The notes under the pieces: model-generated
The model's database searches: none
What the model saw: only the letters and a program-made list of their open reading frames with translations
Told to the model about the DNA's origin: nothing
From: a bacterium
Lineage (GTDB): Bacteria; RBG-13-61-14; DATKZS01
Length of the DNA: 64,000 nucleotides
NCBI GenBank assembly: GCA_963674965.2
Contig: CAXXFL010000003.1
Coordinates: 1 to 64,000, forward strand
Direction of reading: 5' to 3'
Position numbers and translations under genes: made by a program
In this document: positions 29,859 to 41,165 of the stretch, piece after piece
Layout: each line of letters begins with the position of its first letter
Position numbering within the stretch: position 1 is the stretch's first letter

Positions 29859-30663
29859 TGAAAAATAAGTTTCATGAAAAATCTTCGAACCCGTCGGTTT
29901 ACCATCAGGTTCATTGGGTATGATTAAGCGTTACGTGCCGTGAAGTATATTAGACCAATCGGAGTAAAACTGCAAATTAAATCGGCCCAATTGACAAAAA
30001 TGATGCCAACCGCCCTTCCCCGCCGCGTAGTTTTAATAATAATAGCGGCTTACGGGCGCCGATTTATGACTTTACCAATTGATAAATCAAGGAATTTAAG
30101 CAAAATTGTGCATTACTCATAATTAAAGACCCGTCTGTGGGTTACCTGTTGGACGGTGCTCACCTGCTCGTCGTCGGCCGCGTCCGAGTCGAAATGAAAA
30201 TCGTTCAAAGTCACCCTGGCGTCTATCTTACCCGAGAAACTCACCAGCGGGGCCTCCTCGGCGCCAAGCCCCGCGCAAAGCGGAGCCTTTTCTGAAATCT
30301 TGCTTTAAGATCAATTTGGCAACGTCTTTAAAAGTCGGATAGCTGTCACATAGTCCCGTGGTGACTCCAAAATCCTCGCAAGAGTGGTCAATGCCTTTTT
30401 CAAAAGCGGGGACGGCTTATTTTCCACAGTGATTTCGGCAAGTTGCAAAGGGGGCCGACTTTTCGGTCCGCCCGGACAAAATTTTCGAGAGAAATAGCGC
30501 GCATTATCGTTTATTATTCACAGCACCAGGGAACACGGCGATGTGGGTCTTGTCTCGAGGGGTTCTTTTTGGTCATGGGTGGGTATGATTGGAAAGGTCC
30601 GGGGATGGGGCCCGAGAGGGCCGGCGAGTCTTTTATTTTTTCGCGAGTCCGGCCGATCTTGAC

Positions 30664-30692
30664 TTGACTTAAAGGTTTGGGGAATGTATGCT
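30664..30692 (+). promoter_or_regulatory. Sigma70-type promoter
   Basis: TTGACT-17bp-TATGCT, ~100 bp upstream of the ATG at 30790. Confidence 0.55.
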
Positions 30693-30789
30693 TTGTACAT
30701 CAAGAATCGGATTGCCCTATAAGCACAAAAAAGATATCATCGTCTTCGAAAACAGGGATGCCCAATCACTTAACTCGAAGGAGGAAGAA

Positions 30790-32115
30790 ATGAAGGCAAG
30801 GAAGACCGTTCCATACGCGATCATGGCGGCTTTATTGCTCCTGGTCTCGGGTCCGGCTTTGGCTGGTATGTCGAGCGCCAGCTACCAAATCCCGAACGAC
30901 GTGCTCTCGGGAGGCGGCAGCACCATGAGCTCGGCCAATTACACCATGTCGTCCACTCTCGGGCAGTCGAGCCCGCTGGGCACGGCCTCGAGCTCGAGCT
31001 ACGTCAACTACCCGGGCTTCTGGCAGGCCGACGAGTGCGTGTGGGACGCCGACGGCGACGACCTGGCCAACGCTGAGGAATACGGCTACGGCACCGATCC
31101 CTATAATTACGACTCCGACGGCGACAGCCTCGGCGACGGCGAGGAGGTCACCAGCGGCGACGACGGCTACGTGACCGACCCGCTCGAGTACAGCTCCGAC
31201 GGCGACAGCCTCGGCGACGGCGACGAGTATGCCAACGGCACCAACCCCCTTGACGAGGACTCGGACGACGACGGCGCCGACGACTACGTCGAGGTCACCT
31301 GGGCCGACACCCTGGACCCGCTCTACTGGGACTCGGACGGCGACGCGCTGCCCGACGGTTTCGAGGTTGCCAACTACAACCATACGCCCGATCCCCTGGA
31401 CCCGGCCGACGCCTCGGACGGTCCCACCGACTTCGACGGCGACTCGAACCCCAACGTCCACGAGTACTGGAACGGGTCGGACGTCTGGTCGCAGAGCATC
31501 GTAAGCGGCGCGGGTTGCTATAGCTGGGGCGACTCGGGCAACACCGTCTCGGCGGACGGACTGGTCTCGCCTCTTGACCTGGTTCCCCTGCAGAACCGGA
31601 TCAACTTGAAACCCGCCTCCTATACGGGAGTCATTCCTCCCAACGGGGACTCCCAGGAGATGGACATGGACCAGCTTATCTCGCCCCTGGACCTTGGCAT
31701 CATGAAGGGAATGGCCGCGCTCAGCAACACCTCGGGCAACCCGGCCATACCCACCGACCTGGTGGTCTCGGGCTCGACCACGCTCAGCGTCGAGGTGGGC
31801 TACACCTGCCACGTGACGGTGGGAGTGGCCAATAACTATCCCAACTATACCCCCAGCATCGGCGTGATCTTCAGCATCGACTCCGGCTCGACGGGCACGG
31901 CGACCCTTTTGGGCGGCGAGGGCGTATCGGGTTCCGGGCGCTACGACGTCTCGGGCGCGATCGCCTCGGGCGGACAATCGACGGTGGTGATGCGGGTGGA
32001 CTCGGCGGGGACCATATACCTGAACGCCGAGGCCCCGGCCTGCAGCGCCGGCGGAATCGGACGCTACTGCCCCGGCGTAATCAAAAACCAGTTGGTTACC
32101 ATTGTCGGATACTGA
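30790..32115 (+). CDS. Secreted protein with TSP3-like repeats and a dockerin/EF-hand-like pair
   Basis: Signal peptide; GGG..S..Y..GQ..GFW N-terminal module; DxDGD repeats; duplicated (V/I)SPLDL motif. Confidence 0.85.
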   Translation: MKARKTVPYAIMAALLLLVSGPALAGMSSASYQIPNDVLSGGGSTMSSANYTMSSTLGQSSPLGTASSSSYVNYPGFWQADECVWDADGDDLANAEEYGYGTDPYNYDSDGDSLGDGEEVTSGDDGYVTDPLEYSSDGDSLGDGDEYANGTNPLDEDSDDDGADDYVEVTWADTLDPLYWDSDGDALPDGFEVANYNHTPDPLDPADASDGPTDFDGDSNPNVHEYWNGSDVWSQSIVSGAGCYSWGDSGNTVSADGLVSPLDLVPLQNRINLKPASYTGVIPPNGDSQEMDMDQLISPLDLGIMKGMAALSNTSGNPAIPTDLVVSGSTTLSVEVGYTCHVTVGVANNYPNYTPSIGVIFSIDSGSTGTATLLGGEGVSGSGRYDVSGAIASGGQSTVVMRVDSAGTIYLNAEAPACSAGGIGRYCPGVIKNQLVTIVGY

Positions 32116-32131
32116 AATTTAACGGACCTTG

Positions 32132-32160
32132 AAAGGGCGGGCCTGTCCCGCCCTTTTTAT
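32132..32160 (+). terminator. Rho-independent terminator (also the group IIC intron insertion landmark)
   Basis: AAAGGGCGGG-CCTGT-CCCGCCCTTT followed by a T tract. Confidence 0.85.
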
Positions 32161-32163
32161 TTC

Positions 32164-33024
<861 letters not shown>

Positions 33025-33038
33025 TAGCGGGACGCCTC

Positions 33039-35732
33039 TTATCTCGTCTCGCTTCTCCTTATCCTTATTATCGGCGCCTGGGCGTATCTCATCTTTTGCT
33101 TGCCGGCCATGTATTGGTCTTCCGGCTTGGCCCTGAATACCAGTTCCAGGTTCCCGCCCAGCGTCGTCTGACCTTGGAAGATTTCCACCTCCTCCATCGA
33201 CTCGTTCTTGGAGAAATAACCTAGAAGCTCGCCGGGCTCGCCCGTAAACCCGTCTCCGTCCAGGTCGGTCCCGGCGGCCAGGTAATAGCGGCCAGGGGGA
33301 ACGTTCCAGATCGAGTAATTATAGAAGTACTTCGATCCGGTCTCGGCCCAACCCGCCGAATCGCACGTCAGGTTTCCCCTTTCGCCGGGCCGGCATTGGT
33401 CGGGATCGAAGAGGACCACGAAAACGGGGACCTTGATCTCATCGAGGAAAACCAGGTTCACCCCGTCGGTGCCTCCGTTTTCCGAACCGACGACCAACTC
33501 GCCGTAATGGGGTCCCGCGGAAACGCCGCTGGGGTCGATGGCCACCGTCAAGGTCGATCCCTTAAGCTCGTGGTGATCCACCCAGGGTATTGAATAGGAC
33601 TCGACGGTCATTCCCGCCAGTCCGCCGGGGCCAAGGTTTATAACGCTTGTCACGCCCTCCGTTTGGTCCTGGTCGAAATAAAGGACTCGCGGCTCGACCG
33701 AGAGACGAGGCCCCTCTCGAACTTTGGCTCCCGCCAGAGAAAAGCCCGCCAGCGCCGCTTTCTCGGCGTTGATGATCCCGAATCCAAGATACGGATCGCG
33801 GCCGCCTCTGTCCCTTCCGGTTATGGTCCCTTCATATTCCGGATGGGTACCGCCTATCAACCGCAAGGCGTCTCCTTGCGTAATGGGATCAAGCCCGCCG
33901 GCGGACCTATAGGCCGACAATAAAAGCGCCAGCGCCCCGGACACGTGGGGGGCCGCCGCGGAAGTGCCGCCGAAGAAATCATACCGGAAAACCACCTCCC
34001 CGGAGCGGTCGTCCGCCCCGGTCGACCGGATCGAGTTCACGAAGCCGCCTCCGCTCAGCCTTGAACTTCCGTTGCCGGGCGCCGCCACCTCGACGTGCAA
34101 GCCGTAATTGGAGTACTCGGCCCTTCTTCCCGAAATATCGGCCGCGGCGACGGTTATCACGTTTTCATAAGCCGCGGGATACCTCGGCGCCCATGACCCG
34201 TCGTTGCCGGCGGAAGCCACCACCAACGATCCGGCCTCCATGGCGTCGGCCACCGCGCTCTCGAGGAGCCTCGAATCCCCGCTTCCGCCCAGGCTTAAAT
34301 TGATAATGTCCGCCTTTATTTTTTGTCCATCAACCTCGGCCGGAGAAACGGATTCCCCGTGGCACGTGCCCAACCCGGCGGCGAACCTGATCCCCTGGGC
34401 TATGTCATAGTTCACTCCACCTTCCCGGCCCAGCACCCTGACCGGCAGGATTTTCGCGTCCCTGGCCACGCCGGACACGCCTATGACGTTGTCGGTCACC
34501 GCCGAGATAACGCCGCTGACGTAAGTCCCGTGGAATGAACTGATGGAGCCGTACAGCTTGTCCCCCGCGTCGTAGGGGTCGGGGTCCACTCCGTCTCCAT
34601 CAAGGGAGCGGCCCGGGTCCAGGACCAGGTCGTGGCCCACCACCGTCATGCCGTCTCGCAAAACGTTCGCAAAAAGGTCGGGATGGTCGTATAAAACTCC
34701 CGTGTCGACCACGGCCACGATTATCCCGGACGCGTTGTCGATCACCTCCCACGCCCGATAGGCGGCGGTCAGGTCCAGACCCCATTGGGAAGAATAATAG
34801 AAATCGTTGGCTCCCAACGAGTCGGCTCGGTAGATGTAATTCGGCTCGGCGAACTCGACCTCGGGAAGCTCGGAAAGCCGCTCGATTATTTCCAAAGTGG
34901 CGGCGTAATCGTCAAGGGAAGCCGGCGTTCCGCCGCCGCGCTCGCCGGGCAAGGAAAAAGACAAAAGCGCGGTACCATCGTCTCCATCCACTTCCACTTC
35001 GGCTTCCACCATCTTGGCGGCCCGCGAAGCCAGGGCTCGGGGGCCGTTCGCCTGGGCCTGGAATTCCGGTTTGAATTTCACCACCGCCTGTCCGGGCACG
35101 AAGTTTCTTTCCGGGTCCTCGCTCGTAAATCCAAACGCGTCCTGGGCCGAGTCGGGCCAATCGGAGGACGTGGCCAGATTGTAGATCGAGCGTCCCGAAC
35201 GGCAGCGGACGAGGAGGGAATATTCCCCCGATTCAAGGATGGTTAGGGTCTCCTTTCCATCCTCGGCCCAATCGGAGGAATCGATCGATTCTCCGTCTTT
35301 AAACAGCGATAGTTTAACGTCTCCGGACTGGCCGTCGAACTCGACCCAGGCAACGTCGCCGCTCTCGAAAAAGACGCGGTAATAATCTTCAGGGTCCAGG
35401 GCGTGGTCCACGTGACCCGCGACCGCGTCGAGCCTTCCCATCCGCTGGCCGGGCAAAAAGTCGTTGTCATGGCGCCGCCTTCCCGGTTTCTCGCCCGGGA
35501 AGTCATGGTCCAGCGAGAGATAGGAGGGAACGGCCACTCGCCCCGACAGGCTGACGTCTCCGAACCTGACGGGACCGTCATGAAGCGGGCTCCCGCAAGC
35601 CCCCCCGAAAAAAAAGAGCAAATGAAACAAAGAAAGGGAAATTTTATTTATGAGGGATAAGACTCCTCGATCCGAAAGCCACTCCTCCATCATAATCGAG
35701 CGGCTTTTCAATTTGACTATTTCATTGAACAT
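33039..35732 (-). CDS. S8 (subtilisin-like) serine peptidase with accessory domains
   Basis: VAVVDTG, HGT, INLSLG, ASAGN and GTSAAAPHV catalytic motifs. Start codon uncertain. Confidence 0.92.
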   Translation of the reverse strand: MFNEIVKLKSRSIMMEEWLSDRGVLSLINKISLSLFHLLFFFGGACGSPLHDGPVRFGDVSLSGRVAVPSYLSLDHDFPGEKPGRRRHDNDFLPGQRMGRLDAVAGHVDHALDPEDYYRVFFESGDVAWVEFDGQSGDVKLSLFKDGESIDSSDWAEDGKETLTILESGEYSLLVRCRSGRSIYNLATSSDWPDSAQDAFGFTSEDPERNFVPGQAVVKFKPEFQAQANGPRALASRAAKMVEAEVEVDGDDGTALLSFSLPGERGGGTPASLDDYAATLEIIERLSELPEVEFAEPNYIYRADSLGANDFYYSSQWGLDLTAAYRAWEVIDNASGIIVAVVDTGVLYDHPDLFANVLRDGMTVVGHDLVLDPGRSLDGDGVDPDPYDAGDKLYGSISSFHGTYVSGVISAVTDNVIGVSGVARDAKILPVRVLGREGGVNYDIAQGIRFAAGLGTCHGESVSPAEVDGQKIKADIINLSLGGSGDSRLLESAVADAMEAGSLVVASAGNDGSWAPRYPAAYENVITVAAADISGRRAEYSNYGLHVEVAAPGNGSSRLSGGGFVNSIRSTGADDRSGEVVFRYDFFGGTSAAAPHVSGALALLLSAYRSAGGLDPITQGDALRLIGGTHPEYEGTITGRDRGGRDPYLGFGIINAEKAALAGFSLAGAKVREGPRLSVEPRVLYFDQDQTEGVTSVINLGPGGLAGMTVESYSIPWVDHHELKGSTLTVAIDPSGVSAGPHYGELVVGSENGGTDGVNLVFLDEIKVPVFVVLFDPDQCRPGERGNLTCDSAGWAETGSKYFYNYSIWNVPPGRYYLAAGTDLDGDGFTGEPGELLGYFSKNESMEEVEIFQGQTTLGGNLELVFRAKPEDQYMAGKQKMRYAQAPIIRIRRSETR

Positions 35733-35872
35733 CGGCGAAAATTTATTCCTTTTCGGCAGTATAACATAAATCGCGATTATTGCGGACCATACCCGGGCGT
35801 GCTAAATTATTACTTGCGGTCCCGATGACGTTTGTCCGGCTACGGGAGTAGGGAAGTCGCGGCCGCCATGAC

Positions 35873-38440
35873 ATGGAGGAAGTCCCACGCGCGCCAATGA
35901 AAGTGCATCTCGATAACCGGGGCAGGAACGTCATCGTTTTTATCCTGGCTTTTTCCATGATCTCCATCTTTGTCTACTGCCTGGTGAGCACCACGTCATG
36001 GATCAACCGTTCCTTTCCGGGCTTCGTCGTCCTTAACAACCGACTTGTTCCCACCATAAGCATGCCGGGATGGGCGGGACTTCAAAACGGCGTCAGGTTC
36101 GGCGACGTGGTCCTCTCAATGGACGGGAAAGAACTCGCCGACGGCGACGAGATGAACGCGATGGCCGCCCGCAAGGAGCCGGGCGCGCCCGTTACTTACA
36201 CTCTCCGAAGGGGGAAGGACGTCCTTCAAGTCACGGTCCCCGTCTCCACCTTCACGCTGGGCGACTACCTCCTCCTGTTTCCCGGCTTCATGCTTATCGG
36301 TCTTTTCTATTACGCCGTGGGAGTGGCCGTTTTCTATATCAAACCCAACGACACCGCCGCCAGGGCCATGATGCTAAACGGCGTGGTTATCGGGATGGCC
36401 ATGGTGGTTACCCCGGAATACGCCACCAACCATACCAACCCCTTCAGTCTCTTTCTGCTTCCCCTGGCTGGACCGAGCCTGGTGACGCTCGGGCTGTATT
36501 TCCCGGAAAAGTACAAGATCGCCAAGTACGCCATGCCCGCCGCCCTGGCCAGCGGCGTCCCCATCATCATTCCCTACGCGTGGCTTTTCCACGACGTGGA
36601 AAAGTTCGTCATAGTCGACGCGATAATGCTTGTCCATATCAGCGTTAACAACGCGATCGGTCTTTTCCTGATGTTCTTCTCTTTTGTCCGCTCAAAGGAC
36701 CGGCTTACCAGGCAGAAATTCAAGATCGTCAGCTTCGGCATAGGCCTGGCCATCGTGCTGGGCGTACTGTTCATGGTTGGCCATCTCATCCTTAAAATAA
36801 TGAGCTTCTTCTGGTTTTTGCCCTTCGGGCTCCTGGTCATTCCCCTTAGCATCAGCTACGCCATCCTTAAGAACAACCTTTTCGACGTGGACGACTTCAT
36901 TAAGAAGTCGCTCGGCTGGGTCGTCTCCAGCGTCCTGGTAGTGGCGTGTTTCTCCGGCCTTAACGCCCTTGTCGGCCTGGCTCTCAGCCATATCACCGCG
37001 GACTACGTCCAAATCTCCGAGGGCATATCCGTGCTGGTGGTGGTGGTCCTTTTCCTGCCCATGCACAATATTATCAAAACCTTCATCGACAAGAGGTTCG
37101 CGGGGGAGGAATACGAGTATCAGGACGCCCTGCTCAAGTCGGCCAAGGTCTTGGCCAGGATCATCGACAAGGACAGGCTGTTTAACGACCTGCTTGACAC
37201 CATTCTCAACTCTATCAAGATCGAGCGTGGCGTTCTTCTGATCAGGGACGAGGAGACGGGGGCCTTCCACATTCAGGCCGCCCGGGACTACTCGATGGGA
37301 TTTCAACCCGGCGGGGGTTCCTTTGGCCACGACGAGGAATACAGGCCCGTCTGTCTCGAGCACGACAACCCCTTAGTCTTCCACCTCGAGGGAATAAGGA
37401 CCCCGCTTCAAATCCACCACGTCGAGGCCCCGGGCGTGTTCGGCAAGGACAGGGAACCGATGATCCTGGCCATGCGCTCCCTGGGCCTGGACCTGGTCGT
37501 GCCCATTTTCTTCGAGCACCGCATGACCGGAATCCTCGGATTGGGGCCCAAGGGAAACGGGGCGTGGTACACGAGCGTGGACGAGCACCTTTTGCAGACG
37601 CTGATGGACCAGGCCGCCGTTTCCATCGAGAACGCCGACAACATCGAGAAGATGAAACAGATGGTCAAGCTCGAGGCGGCCTACGAGGAACTCAAGAAGG
37701 TGGACGAGATGAAGGACAACATCCTCTCGATGGTGTCGCACGACTTAAGGACGCCGCTGACCGGAATCCTCGCCTACGCGTCCCTTATGAAGGAGTCCAT
37801 CGGCTCCCTGGACGAGAAGAGCCAGATCAAATACCTCACCGTCATCGTCGAGCAGGGCGAGAGGATGACAAGGCTCATCAACGACCTGCTCGATATTCAG
37901 AGGTTCGAGTTCGAGAAGGCCACCATGGAGTTCACGGATATAAACCTGCCCGACCTCGTAGCGAGCACGGTCGAGATATTCAAAGGGGCCGCCGAGGAAA
38001 AAAGCATCAAGCTCTCCAGCCAGGTTCCAAGCGAGGAAATTATGGTCCGCGGCAACTGGGACCGGCTCCAGCAGGCTTTGACTAACCTCTTGTCCAACGC
38101 CGTCAAGTTCACGCCAAAGAAGGGCATTATTCGAGTGTCCATCGAAATCCGGACCAGAAGCGGCAACAAGGCCGCCAGGGTCTCGGTTACCGACAACGGG
38201 CCGGGCGTGGATAAAAAGTATCACGCCAGTCTCTTCGACAAGTTCCAGCAGGGCGACAAGCTCATCCGCGACAAGGCCCAGGGAAGCGGCCTGGGCCTGG
38301 CCCTGGTCAGGGAAATCATCCGCGCTCACGATGGGAAAGTGGGACTGCAAAGCGAGCCGGGCAGGGGCAGCTCCTTCTATTTCCTCTTGCCAACCAAGGA
38401 AAGCACGCCAAGCGACCACAAGGAGGGAAACAATGACTAA
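35873..38440 (+). CDS. Membrane sensor histidine kinase (PDZ-like + multi-TM + GAF + HisKA/HATPase)
   Basis: SHDLRTPL H-box; NLLSNAVKF, DNGPG and GSGLGL boxes; GAF-like segment. Confidence 0.93.
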   Translation: MEEVPRAPMKVHLDNRGRNVIVFILAFSMISIFVYCLVSTTSWINRSFPGFVVLNNRLVPTISMPGWAGLQNGVRFGDVVLSMDGKELADGDEMNAMAARKEPGAPVTYTLRRGKDVLQVTVPVSTFTLGDYLLLFPGFMLIGLFYYAVGVAVFYIKPNDTAARAMMLNGVVIGMAMVVTPEYATNHTNPFSLFLLPLAGPSLVTLGLYFPEKYKIAKYAMPAALASGVPIIIPYAWLFHDVEKFVIVDAIMLVHISVNNAIGLFLMFFSFVRSKDRLTRQKFKIVSFGIGLAIVLGVLFMVGHLILKIMSFFWFLPFGLLVIPLSISYAILKNNLFDVDDFIKKSLGWVVSSVLVVACFSGLNALVGLALSHITADYVQISEGISVLVVVVLFLPMHNIIKTFIDKRFAGEEYEYQDALLKSAKVLARIIDKDRLFNDLLDTILNSIKIERGVLLIRDEETGAFHIQAARDYSMGFQPGGGSFGHDEEYRPVCLEHDNPLVFHLEGIRTPLQIHHVEAPGVFGKDREPMILAMRSLGLDLVVPIFFEHRMTGILGLGPKGNGAWYTSVDEHLLQTLMDQAAVSIENADNIEKMKQMVKLEAAYEELKKVDEMKDNILSMVSHDLRTPLTGILAYASLMKESIGSLDEKSQIKYLTVIVEQGERMTRLINDLLDIQRFEFEKATMEFTDINLPDLVASTVEIFKGAAEEKSIKLSSQVPSEEIMVRGNWDRLQQALTNLLSNAVKFTPKKGIIRVSIEIRTRSGNKAARVSVTDNGPGVDKKYHASLFDKFQQGDKLIRDKAQGSGLGLALVREIIRAHDGKVGLQSEPGRGSSFYFLLPTKESTPSDHKEGNND

Positions 38441-38804
38441 GAAGGTGCTCATCGCCGACGACGACGACCTCTTAAGGGACGCCATCAGGCTTAGCATTCA
38501 AAAAGACGGCTACGAGATACACGAGGCCAGGGACGGGATCGAGGCCCTGAACAAGGCGGCGGAGGTAATACCGGACCTTATCATCCTCGACGTCATGATG
38601 CCGGGGATGATCGGCTACAATGTCTGCCAGAAATTGAAAAGCAATCCCGCGACTAAGGATATCTTCGTCATGTACCTGACGGCCAGGGGAAACGAGCTGA
38701 CCGACGGCGCGGTCAAGGAAAGCGGTGGAGACGGTTTCTTCGCCAAGCCCTTCTTGCCCACCGAGCTGCGGAAAAAGGTGCGGGATATCCTGGAGTCCAG
38801 ATAA
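38433..38804 (+). CDS. Single-domain response regulator
   Basis: LIADDD, PDLIILDVMMP, LTA and KPF motifs; overlaps the kinase stop. Confidence 0.93.
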   Translation: MTKKVLIADDDDLLRDAIRLSIQKDGYEIHEARDGIEALNKAAEVIPDLIILDVMMPGMIGYNVCQKLKSNPATKDIFVMYLTARGNELTDGAVKESGGDGFFAKPFLPTELRKKVRDILESR

Positions 38805-38821
38805 CTTCTTTCCGGCCCGGC

Positions 38822-39895
38822 TCAGGCGCTCTTGATACGGGCCTCCCCCGTCTGGCCGTTCTTTTTTTGCGGAAGGTTCGCGTTAAGCACGTCGTAACTG
38901 ATAATTCCACGGTCATAGAGGGACTCGAGCTGGCGGCCCAGTCCCTGCATCCCTTCGGAAACCCCGGTGGCGATGGTCGTCTCGAGCTGGTGGACCTTGT
39001 TTTCCCGGATCAGGTTCCTCACCGCCTTGTTGGCCACCAGTATCTCCGAGGCCAGCACCCTGCCCTCCACGTCCACCCGGGGCAGGAGTCTCTGGTTGAT
39101 TATGCCCTGCAGGCACGAGGCCAACTGGTACCGGGTCTGGGCCTGTTGCCTGGAGGGGAACACGTCCACAATCCGGTTTATAGTCGAGGCCGAGTCGTTG
39201 GTGTGGATGGTGGCCAATACCAGGTGGCCCGTCTCGGCGGCCAGAAGGGCGGCCGCTATGGTATCCAGCTCGCGAAGCTCCCCAATCCCTATTACGTCGG
39301 GGTCCTGCCTCAGCGCGTGGATAAGGGCCGCGGGGAAGTCCTTTACGTCCATGCCCACCTCCTGCTGGATCACCAGGCTCCGGACGGGACGATGAACGTA
39401 CTCGATGGGGTCCTCGATGGTTATGACCTTGCAACGCCTCTCCCGGTTCACCATGTCCAGGATGGCGTTAAAGGTCGTGGTCTTGCCCGAGCCGGTCGAG
39501 CCGGTGATGAGGATCAAGCCGTTAGGACGGCGGGCCAGGTCCTCTACCACCTCGGGAATCCCAAGCTCCTCGAAGCTGGGGATGCGGGTTATGCCAAGGC
39601 GGATCGAGGCTTCCATCGCCCCCAGCCTGCGGTAAAGGCTCACCCGGAAATAGCCCAGGCCCTCGACCGATCTCGAGAAGCAAAGCTTCCAGTCCCGGGA
39701 AAAGGACTCGCGCTGGACGTCGTCGAGAAGGGGCGCCATCATGGACTCCACGTCGCCGACCTTGAGGGGCTCGGTCCCCTCCAGGCTCAGTATCTCTCCG
39801 TTGACCCGGATAACCGGGGGCACCCCGGCGGCAAGGTGAAGGTCAGAGGCCTCCCGCGCCCGCGCCGCCCCTATCAAGCCGTTAAGCGTCGTCAT
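38822..39895 (-). CDS. pilT: PilT/PilU-family ATPase
   Basis: ASDLHL, GSTGSGKTTT, TIEDPIE, ALRQDPD, AETGHLV and AVRNLIRE motifs; the start overlaps the upstream stop (TAATG). Confidence 0.9.
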   Translation of the reverse strand: MTTLNGLIGAARAREASDLHLAAGVPPVIRVNGEILSLEGTEPLKVGDVESMMAPLLDDVQRESFSRDWKLCFSRSVEGLGYFRVSLYRRLGAMEASIRLGITRIPSFEELGIPEVVEDLARRPNGLILITGSTGSGKTTTFNAILDMVNRERRCKVITIEDPIEYVHRPVRSLVIQQEVGMDVKDFPAALIHALRQDPDVIGIGELRELDTIAAALLAAETGHLVLATIHTNDSASTINRIVDVFPSRQQAQTRYQLASCLQGIINQRLLPRVDVEGRVLASEILVANKAVRNLIRENKVHQLETTIATGVSEGMQGLGRQLESLYDRGIISYDVLNANLPQKKNGQTGEARIKSA

Positions 39896-40920
39896 TACAA
39901 CTTCCTCCATTCGTATAGCGGCCAGTATATGCGAGCAATGCGCATCCAATTGTCGTATTGGGACAAATAACCAAGACTGTAATTGCCCCTTTGCTCAAAA
40001 TATACCTCCTGGAGAAATGCGTACTCGCCCTCCGGGACCACGGTGGGAGCCAGCTTGCAGGTGGTTATATCTCTTATGATAGCGGGGACATATGGCTGAG
40101 ATTCTTCCGGCGCTATTTCATCGTTAATATAGAGCACCCCACTATCCACCTCGACCACGTCGCCCTCGAGAGCGATAATCCTGTAAATGTTGTGAGCTCT
40201 ATATAAAAGAGCGCCCCGCTCCAATTTGTCCCGGCCGAAATCGACGGGAACGGAGAAAACCCTGTCCCCGTCGCGGACGTCCATAAAATAATGAGCGTCG
40301 TTAATGACCAGGAACCGGTTCGGGAATAAAGAGGAGATGAGAAAGTCAGCGGCCAAGTAAGGCAGCGATATAACCATGACCGCCGAGGCCGCGCTCATAA
40401 ACGCAACGTTAGCCTTGGCCGAGTGGCCTCTATCCTCGAGATGCAGCCTGGTCGCCTCGAACCCGGCGGCCAAGAGCGTAAAAAGAACCATAACCGGATA
40501 GCCGGGAATGGGAACGTGAAATACCATCTGCGCAAGGCCCGCCGCCACGAGAAGGGACGTGGCCAGGAGGAACGCCAGGCCTTCCTTTGGCCTGCCATGC
40601 AAAAAGAACCACGGGCCGAAAAGCATGCCCGAGGCGGCGACCCGAAATGGAGGCATATATTGCTCGAGTCTTTCCCGGAAACCCTCTTGGCCATCCCCGC
40701 GGACGTTCCCTATCGCATCCTCGATTCTTCTGACGGCTCTCGCCCGCGTCCCCAGGCTCGCGGCCACCGACTTTTTCCTCTCGAGCAGGTCCGTGGACCC
40801 CGAGCCGCCCACCTTGGGATAGGTCAGCGGGGCCGGTGGGGGCTCGCTCATCGAGGCCCCGCAGGCCATGCACTCCTCCATGCCCGGCATCACGTGGGCG
40901 TCGCACCTGGGGCACTTCAT
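39895..40920 (-). CDS. Zn-ribbon + multi-TM + S26 signal-peptidase-like domain protein
   Basis: CPRC..CMAC N-terminus; about four TM helices; GDRVF, RIIALEGDVVEV..LYIN and VPEGEY segments. Confidence 0.72.
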   Translation of the reverse strand: MKCPRCDAHVMPGMEECMACGASMSEPPPAPLTYPKVGGSGSTDLLERKKSVAASLGTRARAVRRIEDAIGNVRGDGQEGFRERLEQYMPPFRVAASGMLFGPWFFLHGRPKEGLAFLLATSLLVAAGLAQMVFHVPIPGYPVMVLFTLLAAGFEATRLHLEDRGHSAKANVAFMSAASAVMVISLPYLAADFLISSLFPNRFLVINDAHYFMDVRDGDRVFSVPVDFGRDKLERGALLYRAHNIYRIIALEGDVVEVDSGVLYINDEIAPEESQPYVPAIIRDITTCKLAPTVVPEGEYAFLQEVYFEQRGNYSLGYLSQYDNWMRIARIYWPLYEWRKL

Positions 40921-40923
40921 GAG

Positions 40924-41133
40924 TTACCTCTTGGCCGCCTTGACAAAGGGAGCTATCCTGATCCGGCTTTCCTTCTCGTAATACTCGTCCGTGGTGGCCG
41001 TGGCCTTGATCGGTCCAAGGAACTCACGGAATAACTCGCGCGCGTCAAGGCATCTGGGTCCTTTGATTCCCTTGACCCAAACCTTGACCTCGCCCTCCTT
41101 GGATATCTCGATGTCCAGTACTTCCCGTTCCAT
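40924..41133 (-). CDS. DUF2997-like small protein
   Basis: IEISKEGEVKVWVKGIKGPRC..LG..TDEYY pattern; RBS AAGGAG. Confidence 0.85.
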   Translation of the reverse strand: MEREVLDIEISKEGEVKVWVKGIKGPRCLDARELFREFLGPIKATATTDEYYEKESRIRIAPFVKAAKR

Positions 41134-41165
41134 GACGCGACTCCTTCCATTCGTCCTTGTCAAAG

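Noticed and set aside
29860-30660. Possible gene remnant in the long intergenic region
   Set aside because: Only short ORFs with no motifs or clear RBS; consistent with divergent promoter DNA.
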